Below, piece after piece: positions 11,662 to 22,062 of a stretch of DNA of 64,000 nucleotides. The stretch is from positions 267,435 to 331,434 of the forward strand of contig RQSC01000523.1 of the NCBI GenBank assembly GCA_013416795.1, given 5' to 3'. Source of the stretch: Prasinococcaceae sp. CCMP 1430 (lineage: Eukaryota; Plantae; Prasinodermophyta). The notes under the pieces are model-generated. The model was not told the DNA's origin and made no database searches. It worked only from the letters and a program-made list of their open reading frames with translations. The stretch's first letter is position 1; each line of letters opens with the position of its first letter. A program made the position numbers and the translations under genes.

Positions 11662-12709
11662 CTAGTCCATCGTGCTGGGGTCCACCGGCATGAGGGTGCA
11701 TCCCTTCGCGCGCAGCGCCTCCGGCGGAGCTGCAGGCCGCGCCTCGTCCCACGGGCCACTGATGGTGCGCTTGTGGGGATGCAGAGTCACCAGCAGCAAG
11801 GGGCACGCCACGCCGATGGCCAGTACGACGGCTGCCGGACGAAGCGAAAGGGGCGCCGGCGCGTCAGCGTGTGCAGCTGCGCGCCGACGGCGAGCTGCGG
11901 GCACACAAATGCGCGCGCGCGCACGCGGGTCTCACCAACATGGAGCGCAGCCGCCCAAGGTGACACAGCCCGCCAGAGCGCGACAGCAGTCGCTGCCGCG
12001 GAGGCGTACGACGCGGCAAAGTGTGTGCGCTCGCCACGGAGTCGTAGCTTGCGCCGCGCGCGAGGCGCAAGCAACACTGCCGCGAGTGCCAACATCAAGA
12101 AGGATCCCACGCGCGAGCCGCGGGGGTCCAGCCGGCTAGCGAGCAGCAACGCAGCTGCGGTACCAGCCGACGCCGACGCGCTGCGCTGAACGGGGTCAGG
12201 GTGCGACCGCTGTGCGCGTGCCAGCATGCGAGCGCGTTCTTTAGGGCTGCTCGCGTGCTCGCCGCTGCCACCCACGCCGTGTGTACCCACTGCATACGCG
12301 CCGTAGTCGTCCAGCGCCACGTGCAGCAGCAGCAGCGCGCCCGCGCAGACCAACAGCGTATCATCGGATATGGACGCCGCGAGCGTGCTCAGGGCGGGTG
12401 CAATCACGAAGACCGCACCCGCAAGACCACCTGCATACAGCCCGGTGGCGAGAGGCGCGAGCGAGCGCGGCAGCGTGCCACCCGTGCCGTGCAGGGCGGT
12501 GCTCGTCATGGGCACCTGCTTGCGCTCGCGTGGGCAAGCGGCGCCGACGGCAGTGAGCGCGAGCAGCGCGCCAAGCGCCGCGTGCAGGGCGCGCGCATCC
12601 GCCCCCGGCCCGCCCGCCATCGCGTCAGCGGCCGCGGCGGCCACAGCCGCCGCGCTCGACCACGTGCTCGTCACGCACGCCGCACCGGCAGCCGCCCGCC
12701 CCCAGCTGC
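11662..12709 (-). CDS. PIGC: GPI-GlcNAc transferase subunit C (PIG-C/GPI2), 5' truncated at N 12710; exons 12709-11936 and 11831-11662
   Basis: APALSTLAASISDDT, LHVALDDY, ALLLASRL and C-terminal KRTISGPWDEA are typical of PIG-C. GTGAG..CAG intron in phase 1. Confidence 0.8.
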
Positions 12710-12787
12710 NCGCATCATCTCGACGAGTTGCCTGGAAAGGGGTGGGGGGTGGGAGGGGGAGGGAAGGGGGGACGCCCGCGTGCTCAC

Positions 12788-13194
12788 AGAGTGGCGAGCC
12801 CCTCCTCGTCGCGGAAGTTGGTGAAGCGGTTGGCCATCTGCCGCCGCCGGCGCTCTCGCGAGCGCCGCATGCACGCGTACGCGACGTACACGGACGCGCC
12901 GATGGCGAGCAGGACTGCGGCCACGAGCGCCGAGTACAGCAGCACCGAGCTGTCCGTGTCTGTGGAGGCGTCCTTCGGGTCCGACGGTGGGGGCGGCGAT
13001 GGAGCGGGCGGCGCAGACGGTGTGGAATTTGCAGGCGGTGAGGGCGTCTCGGGCGGTGAGGGTGGCGTCGAAGGTGAAGGAGGTGTTAGGGGAGGAGGCG
13101 GCTGCGCTGGCGGCGCCGTCGTGTTGGGGGCTGGCGCGGGCGCGGCCGCCGCGCCCTCTCCGCTGCCCGCCACCCCACCACCGGGCGCGCTCAT
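12788..13194 (-). CDS. Pro/Ser-rich single-pass membrane protein fragment (continuation lost near N 12710)
   Basis: PPSP-rich stalk, hydrophobic helix VLLYSALVAAVLLAIGASVYVAYAC and basic stop-transfer RRSRERRRR. Donor-like GTGAGC follows. Confidence 0.5.
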
Positions 13195-13538
13195 CGGCAC
13201 TCCCGTGCCGCACCCACCGCCCCCGCCCGCCCCGCCCGCGCCCCACGCCGCCCGTGTGGCGCCCGGCGCTTCCTGTCAGCAGGCCCGGTGGCGTGCTGCT
13301 ACTGCTGGCGCTGCCAGGTGGGTTCCGGTTCAAGGCGAAAAAACAGAGTTTGGGTTTAATTACCAAGTATGGAGACACCGTGGGTATGTTTGATCATGAT
13401 ATAGATGTACTATCGAATGTGGATCGTACATCGGGAATATGGTTGTCATAGGCTATTAGGAGGCCCGTTTAGGGTTTGGATTTGATGCGGGCGCGAGCGC
13501 GGGCCTGCCACACTCAGTGCAGCGGCGCGGCGCAGTCG

Positions 13539-14743
13539 ATGGCGATGGCGGCGGCTGCCCCATGCGCCGCCGCGGCGGCCAGGCGCACGCGCCCAGGCGT
13601 AGCACGGGGCCACGACGGCGGCGGCGGCGGCGGCGAGCCGGGGCGGGATGGCGACGACAGTGAGACGCTGCGCGTGTCCGCCGACGACCTCGAGTGGGAC
13701 GCAGGCGTGCTCGCGTCGCCCACCGTCGCAGGCGAGGGCGCGGCGCTCGCCGAGGAGTGGGCGTCGCTTACTGCTATGCAACTTTCATACCCATCGTTCG
13801 ACTCGACCGGCAAGCGCATGTACATAGAGCAGCTCGAGGATGTGCTCGAGAGGCTGCAGGTACGTGCGAGCACCGTGTGTGGCGTTGAGGACGCGGCGCA
13901 GTGCCATCAGTCCGAGCGTGCCCGCAGTCGCGTGCGCGCGCTAACTCATGAGCGCACGCGCGCGGAACGCCCCCTTTTCGCGCGCGGTACATTACTGGCG
14001 TGTCGTCACTCCTCGCCAGCTCTTCGTCAAGCGGTACGAGCTTGCGTCCGAAACGGACGAGCATGCTGCTGCCGAGATCGCCAAAGTCGAGGCCGTGCTC
14101 TCGGAAGCAGGCCTCACGTTCGAGAGCGCGCAGGTGCGTGATGGCGTCTCTCAGATGCCTGACATGCGCTTTCCTCATGCGGCTCTCCTCTCTTTTCTCT
14201 CACTTTCATGCGCGGTGCGCTGCTATGCTAGTGGACGCTGACGGAAGTACACATGCTCTGCTGTGCATGCGCGCATGTATATGTTCGTGCGGACACGATG
14301 CACACCGGAGAGCGCAGGCGGCATTCCGCGAGAACGTGGGGCTCATGCGCGAGCTGCTCGAGCGAGAGGAGCGGCTCGGCGCGGGCGCGGCGAGCGTGGC
14401 CACAGCAGAGGCCGAAGCGGCAGCCGCGGCGCGCGCAGAGCGCGATGGGAGCAGCCCCGAGGACAGCAAGAATCGTGGAGCCAGCAGCAGCAGCGGTGGT
14501 TGGACGCCGCGCATGCCGGACATGGCGGCCATGATGGCCGACCCCGCCGTGCTCGCGTGCCTTGAGGACCCCTCCGTGCTCGCCAAAATGCAGGAGGTTC
14601 TGCAGGATCCCGACGCGATGCTCAAGCACGGCAACGACCCCAAAATCGTCAAGCTGATCGAGACGATCTGGGGGAGCCAGTGGCAGGAGGAGCTCGCGCG
14701 GAGAAACGCCGCGGGTGGGGGCAGTGCGCCGGAGGGGCGCTGA
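13539..14743 (+). CDS. DUF1825-like domain plus C-terminal STI1 (DP) domain protein; exons 13539-13859, 14020-14133, 14318-14743
   Basis: YPSFDSTGKRMYIEQLEDVLERLQ|LFVKRYELA resembles cyanobacterial DUF1825 (YGKFDREGKKLFIEQ..RYRIFMKRFEL). MMADPAVLACLEDPSVLAKMQEVLQDPDAMLKHGNDPKI is STI1-like. Both introns are phase 0 GT-AG. Confidence 0.7.
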
Positions 14744-14830
14744 AAAGAGCATTGCGGTGATTCATTAAGCGATGATTTGTGCTGCGACGGCAGTGGCTCT
14801 CTAGAGCTAGCTGTAGAGAACTAGAGCTAG

Positions 14831-16468
14831 CTAGCCAGCTACATATGTCTTCAGCGGCAGCTTGAACGCCTCCTCAACGAGCTTAGTGCACAGCTCGCGC
14901 GCGCTGGCGCACATGCACAGCGCCGCCTCGAGCGAGGTGGCGCGTGCGCCGTGGCTGCCTTCCGGCGGCGGTTCGCACGAACAAGGCCGCCGCGGTGCGC
15001 ACTGAAAATGGCCCCGAAGAGAACCGTCAGAGTCCATCCCGCCGTCCGCCTGGTAGCCCGCTGCGAGCGTGAGCTGCGCCCCTCCGGGTCGCCAGAGCGG
15101 TGCGACGTAGCACACTTCATAGCGCGGCGCGCTAGGCAGGCCGCCCTGCCACCACATGGCACCCCCGTGTCGCGCCTGCCAGCCATCTGGTGGGAGCTCA
15201 TGCTCACGGAAGGCGCTCAGACTGTGCGAAAAGTCTTCGCCGAGGGACGCTACCACTGCATCGAGCTTCGCATGCGCCTCCGCTACGAGCTGATTGTCGA
15301 GCTCGAAGTAGCCGTCCAGGCCTCCCTCACGGCGCACACGCTCCTCGAAAGCGAATGCCTCCTTTGCCCCGTCTGAACTGAAGTGGTGCGCGTTGACGAC
15401 AGGTACGCTTACGTCTTCCACTGGTATGCCAGCGAGAAACGCGAGCGCAAGCAGGCCCTCGTCCTGCCGCTCCACAGGAATGGGAACGTCAATTAGGTCC
15501 AAGACGCGCCGCGCGTGGCGGAGCGTTGGCCCCTCGTACCGCTGCTCAGTCATGACGGTCAGCAGATCGAGCTCTTCCACTCCGGCGCCACCCCCTGTGT
15601 CGAGGGCGCGCCGTGCGCCACTGCCGACCGCATTGAATTCGCCGCCCGTGCTGGCGCCGCCTCGTCGGTTGGCGCGCTCGACTGCTGCGAGGAGCTCGGC
15701 GGCCGAGGGCATCTTCGCAGACCTCGCGGCCACCCAAATGGCAAGCTGCTTCGCCTGCGGGTCTGTTGGCGACCACTCCCATGGCGCGTCGTCGCACATG
15801 AAAGTCGGCAACGGCGCGCCAGGCGGGCGCTTTTGGAGGGCGTCACACAGCCCAAGCGCGTCGGTGAGCGGCTTGAGCCACGAGTGCCTGTGGCCGTCCC
15901 AGAAATTGGACCAGAAGAAGCGCACCGGATCACGGAAGAGACCCGCAACGACGACCCGCACGCCGGCGTCACGCAAGCGCGCGACTCCGGCCTCAAGGTC
16001 TGCGAACGTCGGTGAGACCATCTTGGCCGTGCGGTGGACCTCGTACACGATGCGAAGCGGTGCCTCTCGCACGGTCGCCTCCGCACTCGCACGCACTGCA
16101 GCGTCGACAACAGAATCCCATCCGGGGCAGTCGTGGGTTGCGTACGCTCCCTTGCCGAGCACGTCCAGCCGCTTGAAGAGCATGCTGAGGGTGGAGCCAC
16201 CCGCCTTGGGCGTATGTAGGACCACGATCACCGTCGGCACCGAGCGCGCGTCTGTCAAGAGCTGCCTGGTACCATCTGACGAGGCGGTGTCCGCGGGGAT
16301 GACCGAATGCGAGCCGTCGAGCAGGTGCGAGGCAGCCTCCGCTCGCGCCACGCTCGCGGCGGCGCCCCCGCCGACGGGACGCGCGCATGCGCAAGCGCAA
16401 GCGCACGCGAGCACGAGTGCGACCGCAGGCAGGTGCGCGCGCGGCTTTGAGCGCCCAGCCAAAGCCAT
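14831..16468 (-). CDS. Secretory-pathway sulfotransferase-like protein
   Basis: N-terminal hydrophobic segment; 5'-PSB-like LHTPKAGGST and 3'-PB-like FRDPVRFFWS motifs. Confidence 0.6.
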   Translation of the reverse strand: MALAGRSKPRAHLPAVALVLACACACACARPVGGGAAASVARAEAASHLLDGSHSVIPADTASSDGTRQLLTDARSVPTVIVVLHTPKAGGSTLSMLFKRLDVLGKGAYATHDCPGWDSVVDAAVRASAEATVREAPLRIVYEVHRTAKMVSPTFADLEAGVARLRDAGVRVVVAGLFRDPVRFFWSNFWDGHRHSWLKPLTDALGLCDALQKRPPGAPLPTFMCDDAPWEWSPTDPQAKQLAIWVAARSAKMPSAAELLAAVERANRRGGASTGGEFNAVGSGARRALDTGGGAGVEELDLLTVMTEQRYEGPTLRHARRVLDLIDVPIPVERQDEGLLALAFLAGIPVEDVSVPVVNAHHFSSDGAKEAFAFEERVRREGGLDGYFELDNQLVAEAHAKLDAVVASLGEDFSHSLSAFREHELPPDGWQARHGGAMWWQGGLPSAPRYEVCYVAPLWRPGGAQLTLAAGYQADGGMDSDGSLRGHFQCAPRRPCSCEPPPEGSHGARATSLEAALCMCASARELCTKLVEEAFKLPLKTYVAG

Positions 16469-16812
16469 CGTAGACGCCCAAGGCGCCTTACTCGACAAGA
16501 GGCTGCTCGCGCATACTGTGCGCATGCGCGCGTGCGCTCTGTGGCGCGCCAAAGAGAGCGCACAGCATTCGTGTCCTCACACACGCAGGTGGATCGGGGA
16601 GTCTGCGCCGGGTGGAAGGCGCCGATTGCGGTCGGCGCGCGCGCTTGTGAGGCGCCGCACAGGACACAAGGCTGGGCGCACTGGTGCATCAAACGCCGTG
16701 CCGGTGCGCCACTGTCGGCCGCGCTCGGCACGCGACGAGGGAGCACTCTATGCGGCAGTGTGTGCTGCGCTCTCCGCGCCAGTCTAACACATGGCCGGTT
16801 CAAACGCGTGCA

Positions 16813-18223
16813 TTACCCCTCCCGCCGGAACCACGCCTGCACCTGCTCGAGTGGCCCCTGCGCCTGCGGCACGTAGCGGTAGAGGCCATCGAGCAGGGGG
16901 GCGACGCGCCCGCCGACCTGCTGCCACATCTGCCTGTGGTAGAGGTACACGTTGCCGTCCTTGCAATGATAGCGCATGCGGAGAAGCTGCAGGTATATGA
17001 ACGCCGTGAGCGCCCGACGCAAACCGAAGGTGAAGATCTGCAGCGTAATGGTGAGCAGCAGGCCGACCTCGACCGTCGCGTTGAGCTGCAGTGCCTGACG
17101 CGTGTTGGCCTGCAAGAACGCCGCAGCGCGCACGCCGTGCGAGCTCCAGATCGGCAGGTGCGTGAGGCGCTTCTGCGCGTACGTCATGGCATTGTAGCAT
17201 GCGCACACGCACAGCGGCACCAAGGCCATCAGCAGCGGCTCACTGCCGAGGAACACCGTGCAGTACCACAAGTAAGAGAAGTTGTTCGTGCTGAGAACGC
17301 TCGGTAGCCACGCCTTGATGCCGTCTGCGGTCAGCTGCTTAGGCCTGCCCGCCTGCAGATACAGGCTCGAGCCGAAAGCCACCGCCGCTGCACGGCCGCC
17401 AGGCCAATGGCGCAGCATGCGGGGGGAGGCGCCAGGAGCACACGATGTCAGCACATCGTTGGTGTTTGCGCATGAACCAGAACCGGAGGAACGATGCAAG
17501 AGCAATGGAGCTTGCGCGCGCTGGTCGCCGCGCGTCGCGTCACCTCGCCGCACCTGTCGTGAGTGCCCAGTAGTACGACCTGTAGCCAAGCATCTTGAGG
17601 CCGACGAAAGGCACGAGGCCCAGGATGTAGATCGCTGCGCTGAGCAGCGTCATGCAATTCACGCTGAAAAAGAATTGTTGCCTATCCATCTGGCGTGCGT
17701 AGTCCATTGCCGCCGTCGCTGCGGGGAGCTTGGTGAGCGCAGCCTGTGCGGAAACGGCGACGGATGACAACTTCTCGGCAGCGGTAGCGGCGAGCTTAGT
17801 CGCCGCGTCAATGCCGGCGGAGAAGGCGCTGGTACTACCAGCGGTGGACGAGGCGGTGGGCTCAGACGCGGGATTAGTCCGCTCCTCCTGCTGCTGCGAT
17901 GCGGATTCTGCGCGTGGCGCCTCTTCCTTTGCTGCTGGTGCGGGCTCTTGCCTTTGCTCCTCTGCGCCAGCAGCTGCTGCCGCCGCCGCCGCCGCCGCCG
18001 CAGGCCGCTGCCGCGCGGCGGCCTGTGCCGGCGCGGCACCCGCCGTGGCAAGGTCAAAGTCGGCGTCGACATTCTTCTTGTACCACTTCGCCCGCAGCCG
18101 GTGCACGACCTTGGGCAGCTCCGCCGCGCTGACGTTGCTCAGGTCGAGCCTCGCGTAGTACGCCGCCCAGCGCGCGTCGCCGTCAAAGTCGTACGCGCCG
18201 AACGCCCCCGCGTCGGCCGACAT
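16813..18223 (-). CDS. TMEM33: TMEM33/Pom33 family ER membrane protein; exons 18223-17554 and 17387-16813
   Basis: Plant-type N-terminus YDFDGDARWAAYY..RAKWYKKNVD. Transmembrane region NNFSYLWYC..LALVP, LRMRYH..YHRQMW. Intron in phase 1. Confidence 0.8.
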
Positions 18224-18590
18224 CGCGCGCGTGGGATGGGTTTGGGTGGAGGGTCGCGCGCGCGGGCGAGGGGCCGAAGGCTTTCGGCTGGGTAGGCAGG
18301 GTCGAGGGGCGGGGGGCTGCCGCCACCTGCGCGCGGTGTGACGCCGCTGCCGGCTCCCGGCCGATCGCGATCGGCGCCCCCTCCTGAGAAAAAGAACACG
18401 AGAGCCGCGCGGCGAGTTGGCTCCTCGCGCGCACACCACGCGCGCGCGGGCGGGGGGAGGGAGCTCGGCCGGGCGGCCCTGCGACCCAAACGCGCGCAGG
18501 CCCGCCACCCCAACCCCACCACCCCGACGCCTGCCCGCCGTTGCCGGCGCGCGACGCCTCCGCTCCCCCCCCTCCCCTCCCATCGCTCAC

Positions 18591-19101
18591 CAACGACATA
18601 GTGCCATAGTCCTGTGACCCCATCCTCCTTTAGCTCCACGGCGTCCACGTGCCTGTCGACGTCGAAGGCGGTCAGCCAGACGGCGGTGACGGGCCGCGGC
18701 GCGCCGATGCGGTGCACGCGGTCCTCCGCCTGCGCGGCGTCGCCCGGCGCCCACGGCCGGTCGACCAGCACGACGTCGCTGGCGGCCGTGAGCGTGAGGC
18801 CCACGCCGCCCGCGCCGAAGGTGCACACGATCGCCCGCGCGCCGCCGCCCTCGCGCTGGAAGGCGTCCACCGCCCGCTGGCGCTCCGCGGCGGCCTGCCC
18901 GCCCACCACCGCGTGGCACTCGGCGCCGGCCGCGGCGAGCCCCGCGCGGAGCGCGTCGACCGTGTCCAGGAAGGCGGCGAAGACCACCACGCTGCGCCCC
19001 TGCTGGAGGAGCTCCTCGCACACGCCGAGCGCGGCGCCCACCTTGGCGAGGCTCGCCGCGCGGCGCACGGCGGAGAGCAGCGCGAGCGCGTCGCCGCCGC
19101 C
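18591..19101 (-). CDS. SNF2/SMARCAL1-like helicase C-terminal domain (fragment)
   Basis: VVVFAAF, RQRAVDAFQ, AGGVGLTLTAAS and WAPGDAAQAEDRVHRIG (motifs IV-VI). No N-terminal ATPase lobe in the window. Confidence 0.75.
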
Positions 19102-19311
19102 GGCGAGGAGAACGAGCTGCACGCGGCGGGCGCGGCGCGGCCGGTGAAGCTCTCCAAGGAGGCGTCGGCGGCGATGGCCGAGGTCATCGTGAGCTTTGCG
19201 CGAGAGGCGGTGCACCGGCCGCTCAAGGAGGCCGCGTTCGATGGCGAGGGCCAGGCCACGCAGGACCACGTCGAGCGATGCCTGCCGCAGCTGCTGCTGG
19301 ATTTTGCTTGA
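19093..19311 (+). CDS. CENPX: CENP-X/MHF2 histone-fold protein, C-terminal part
   Basis: AMAEVIVSFAREAVHR..QDHVERCLPQLLLDFA* matches the CENP-X C-terminus (HLERILPQLLLDF). TGTAA at 19323. Confidence 0.75.
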   Translation, partial: AAAGEENELHAAGAARPVKLSKEASAAMAEVIVSFAREAVHRPLKEAAFDGEGQATQDHVERCLPQLLLDFA

Positions 19312-19679
19312 CACTCCCGAATTGTAACATGTGTGACCAGTAGCGAATGTACGAGGCGGAAGGCAGCGTCGCCAGCGCGTGGCCACCGCGCTCGCAGCTG
19401 CGCAAGATGTGCCTGAGACGCCAGAGCGCGCACATGCGCCCACCTTGCCGCGAGCACGATGCGCAAGCGCGCGCCCAGTCATGCCAGGCTGCCCACCGGG
19501 AAGAAAACATGCCCACGCACAAAAAATCGGCAACGCCGGCCGCCTCTTACAGAGCGCGCGTGCACTCAGTGAGCACCAGCTTGCTAGCGGCGGGGTGCGT
19601 GCGCGCGGGCAGCGCTGCTCACGGCGTGGCCACGCAACGGCGCGTGGCGCACGGCATGGCGAGGCAGGTCCACGCCCCT

Positions 19680-20594
19680 TTACTTGCTGCCATAGGCGTA
19701 CCGCGAGATGGGGTCCATGATGACCGCCTCGCCAGCCTCGAGAGCCTTGCCGCTGCGCTTCGCCGCGGTGGCCTTCGCCCACTCGTCGGTCATCGTGCGC
19801 GGAGTCTCGCCTGTTTGCCCGCGCACGCGTTTGTATGCGAGTCCAGCAAGGCGCAACGAGGGCAAGCGGGGTTGGGGCCGAGAAAAAAGGGGGTGCCGGC
19901 GTCGTGGGCGCATGCACGCAAACGTGTTGGCAGGTTCGGTGTTGGGTGTCAGGAGGGGAGGATGGCAGGAAAAGTGCAGCGGACGCGCGCGTGTCTTGTC
20001 AGCGCCGCGGACCAGACATCACGAGCTCGGTGCGTCTCACCGCCGCCGTCTGGACGCCATCGCTACGCCCAGCGTTGCAACGTGATAGGCACAAGGCCAA
20101 GTGAACCTCGGGTGCACGTAGCACAATGGCATGCGGACCGGCGGGGCGCCCCAAGCCAGGGCATCCGCTCGCTCCCCCCCTTCTTCCCCCACGCCCTCTT
20201 TGAGCGCCCACGCCGCGTGGGCCAGCGCTCTGAGCGCCGGGCGAGTCATGCAGTGCGCATTAGGGTTGGCGCTGACCAGCGCTCTGACGTACCGCCGAAC
20301 ACCTTCATGTTGCGCGTCATGTGGAAGAGCGTGCCAGCACCGATGACGCCGCAGGCGAGGCCGGCGGCGATGAGCTGGGGCGAGGCGCCCTTGCGCCCCA
20401 TGCCAATCACATACTTTGCCGTCTTCGCCGCCTGCGCCAGGACGCGCGTGGCGGGGCCAGGGCGGGCGCGCGCACCGGTCAGCGCCGAACCCAAAGGCGC
20501 GGCGCGCGCATCCGTCGCAGCAGCCGCGGCGCGCGCGCGGGCGGGCGGGCGGGCGAGGCTGCGACCGCGCGCGCTGCATGCGCACCTCCGCCAT
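19680..20594 (-). CDS. DUF1138/OZI1 family protein (plant-type cytochrome c oxidase subunit 4-like); exons 20594-20586, 20431-20293, 19810-19680
   Basis: Spliced product MAE|AAKTAKYVIGMGRKG..TRNMKVFG|GETPRTMTDEWAKAT..VIMDPISRY resembles AtOZI1 (KIFGGTTPGT..EWW..VVMNPISRQ). All splice phases agree. Confidence 0.75.
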
Positions 20595-20623
20595 GGTTCC
20601 ACCTCGGAGAAGGGGCGGAGAAG

Positions 20624-20624
<1 letters not shown>

Positions 20625-20665
<41 letters not shown>
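20625..20665 (+). repeat. Poly-G run (41 nt)
   Basis: Seen directly. May be real or a sequencing artefact. Confidence 0.8.
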
Positions 20666-20666
<1 letters not shown>

Positions 20667-20735
20667 AGCGCGGCACGCGCTGAGTGGCGCCTCCCCTCCA
20701 CCTTCGCGCATGACTTTGCGCGCGCGATTTGCTCC

Positions 20736-20775
20736 GTTTGTTTGTTTGTTTGTTTGTTTGTTTGTTTGTTTGTTT
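20736..20775 (+). repeat. (GTTT)10 microsatellite in a divergent promoter
   Basis: Seen directly. Confidence 0.9.
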
Positions 20776-20966
20776 GTTCGCTTCGATTTTTTTGGTCACG
20801 TCCCTTCCAGACTTTGTGGCTGTTTGGGTTCTCCAGGAGAAAAAAAGGAAAAAGAAGAAAAAAGAGGTTGGCCGAGCTGGTCGGGGATGCGCGCCACACA
20901 CACGCGCGCCGGCGCTCCCCCCCCCACCCCCCACCCTACGCCTTCCGCGCGCGCGCGCCTGCTGCC

Positions 20967-21785
20967 ATGCTGCCTTCGAATTCGTTCGCCAACGTACGTG
21001 CCGCTTGCGCGGGCGCGCGCGCAACGCGGCGCCCCGCCGCGCGGCGCAGTAGTGCAAACCTAAAACGTGCACGGGCGGCGCAGGCAGCAGCGAGCAGCGC
21101 CGCGTGTGCGCCGACCGGTGCCCTTCCGCGCTCTCGCACGGTTCGCGCAATCGCAGCATTGTGTTGCGCGGCGTGTGCTGACGCGCGCGCGCTCACCGCC
21201 GGGCTTTCCTTCCCTCCCTGCGTGCGCCTCCATTGCTGCGCACTCTGCTGCGCGCATTCGTGCGCGTGCGCGCCTTGGGCGCGCGTGTCCAACACATCGT
21301 GTTGTGCCTGTCCTGCGCGCCGCCACGCCGCGCGCACGCGCCCTCCCATCGCGCGATTCTGTGCCGCCCCCGTACCTCGCCGCGCGCTCGGGGCATCACT
21401 CGTGTCCTTGTGCTACGATGACACACGCTCGCAGGCTGCACGGGTTGCGGCCGTCACTGTCGGTGTCGTGTGGGGCGCGTCCAAGATGACGGTGGTCAAG
21501 GTGCGTGCATCACGCACGCGGGGGCTGGAGCCTCACCTACCGCACCGTGCCGCGTACGCAAACCGCGACCACCACCGCGCCACGCGCGGACGCCACACCA
21601 CATGCCCGCCTTGGCAGTTGGATCGTAGATGCGCTAGAATCACGACATGTGCCATGCGTGCCGCTGTGCATGCGCTGGCAGTGCGCTGACGCGCTGTTGC
21701 ATGACCCCTCCCCGCCCACTCGCCCACTCCCGCGCATGCGCACCCGCAGATGACGACCCCGAAGTCGGACTCTTCGGGTCACTAG
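20967..21785 (+). CDS. Mitochondrial ATP synthase subunit e-like, 42 aa; exons 20967-20993, 21435-21500, 21750-21785
   Basis: Spliced MLPSNSFAN|AARVAAVTVGVVWGASKMTVVK|MTTPKSDSSGH*. The AR..G..WG pattern is like plant subunit e (ARASAFGLGLVYG). Both introns are phase 0 with CTGAC branch points. Confidence 0.7.
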
Positions 21786-22062
21786 CGCCGCCGCGCCCCA
21801 TGGCAGGCGTGGGGCCGCCCTGCGAGCCCGGAGCGCCCGCGCCCGATTGGCGCGGCGCCGCCGCCCACGCCGCACGCTGCAGGCCGCCGCCGCGTAAACA
21901 ATTTTGGAGCATGGCGGGCGCAGCCTGCGGCCCGCTGCCTGCGGCCCGCAGCCCGCGCGGCGAGGAGCAGTGCGGAGTCGGCGACCCCCGGGGCGTGCGC
22001 GCTGGGCGGGACGCCTGCCCCCCACCTCGCCTCGACACTTGCCGGTGCGCTCCGCGATTGCN

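Noticed and set aside
19347-21689. 780-aa ORF
   Set aside because: It runs through introns, the poly-G and the GTTT repeat. Only short pieces are real exons of the ATP synthase e-like gene.
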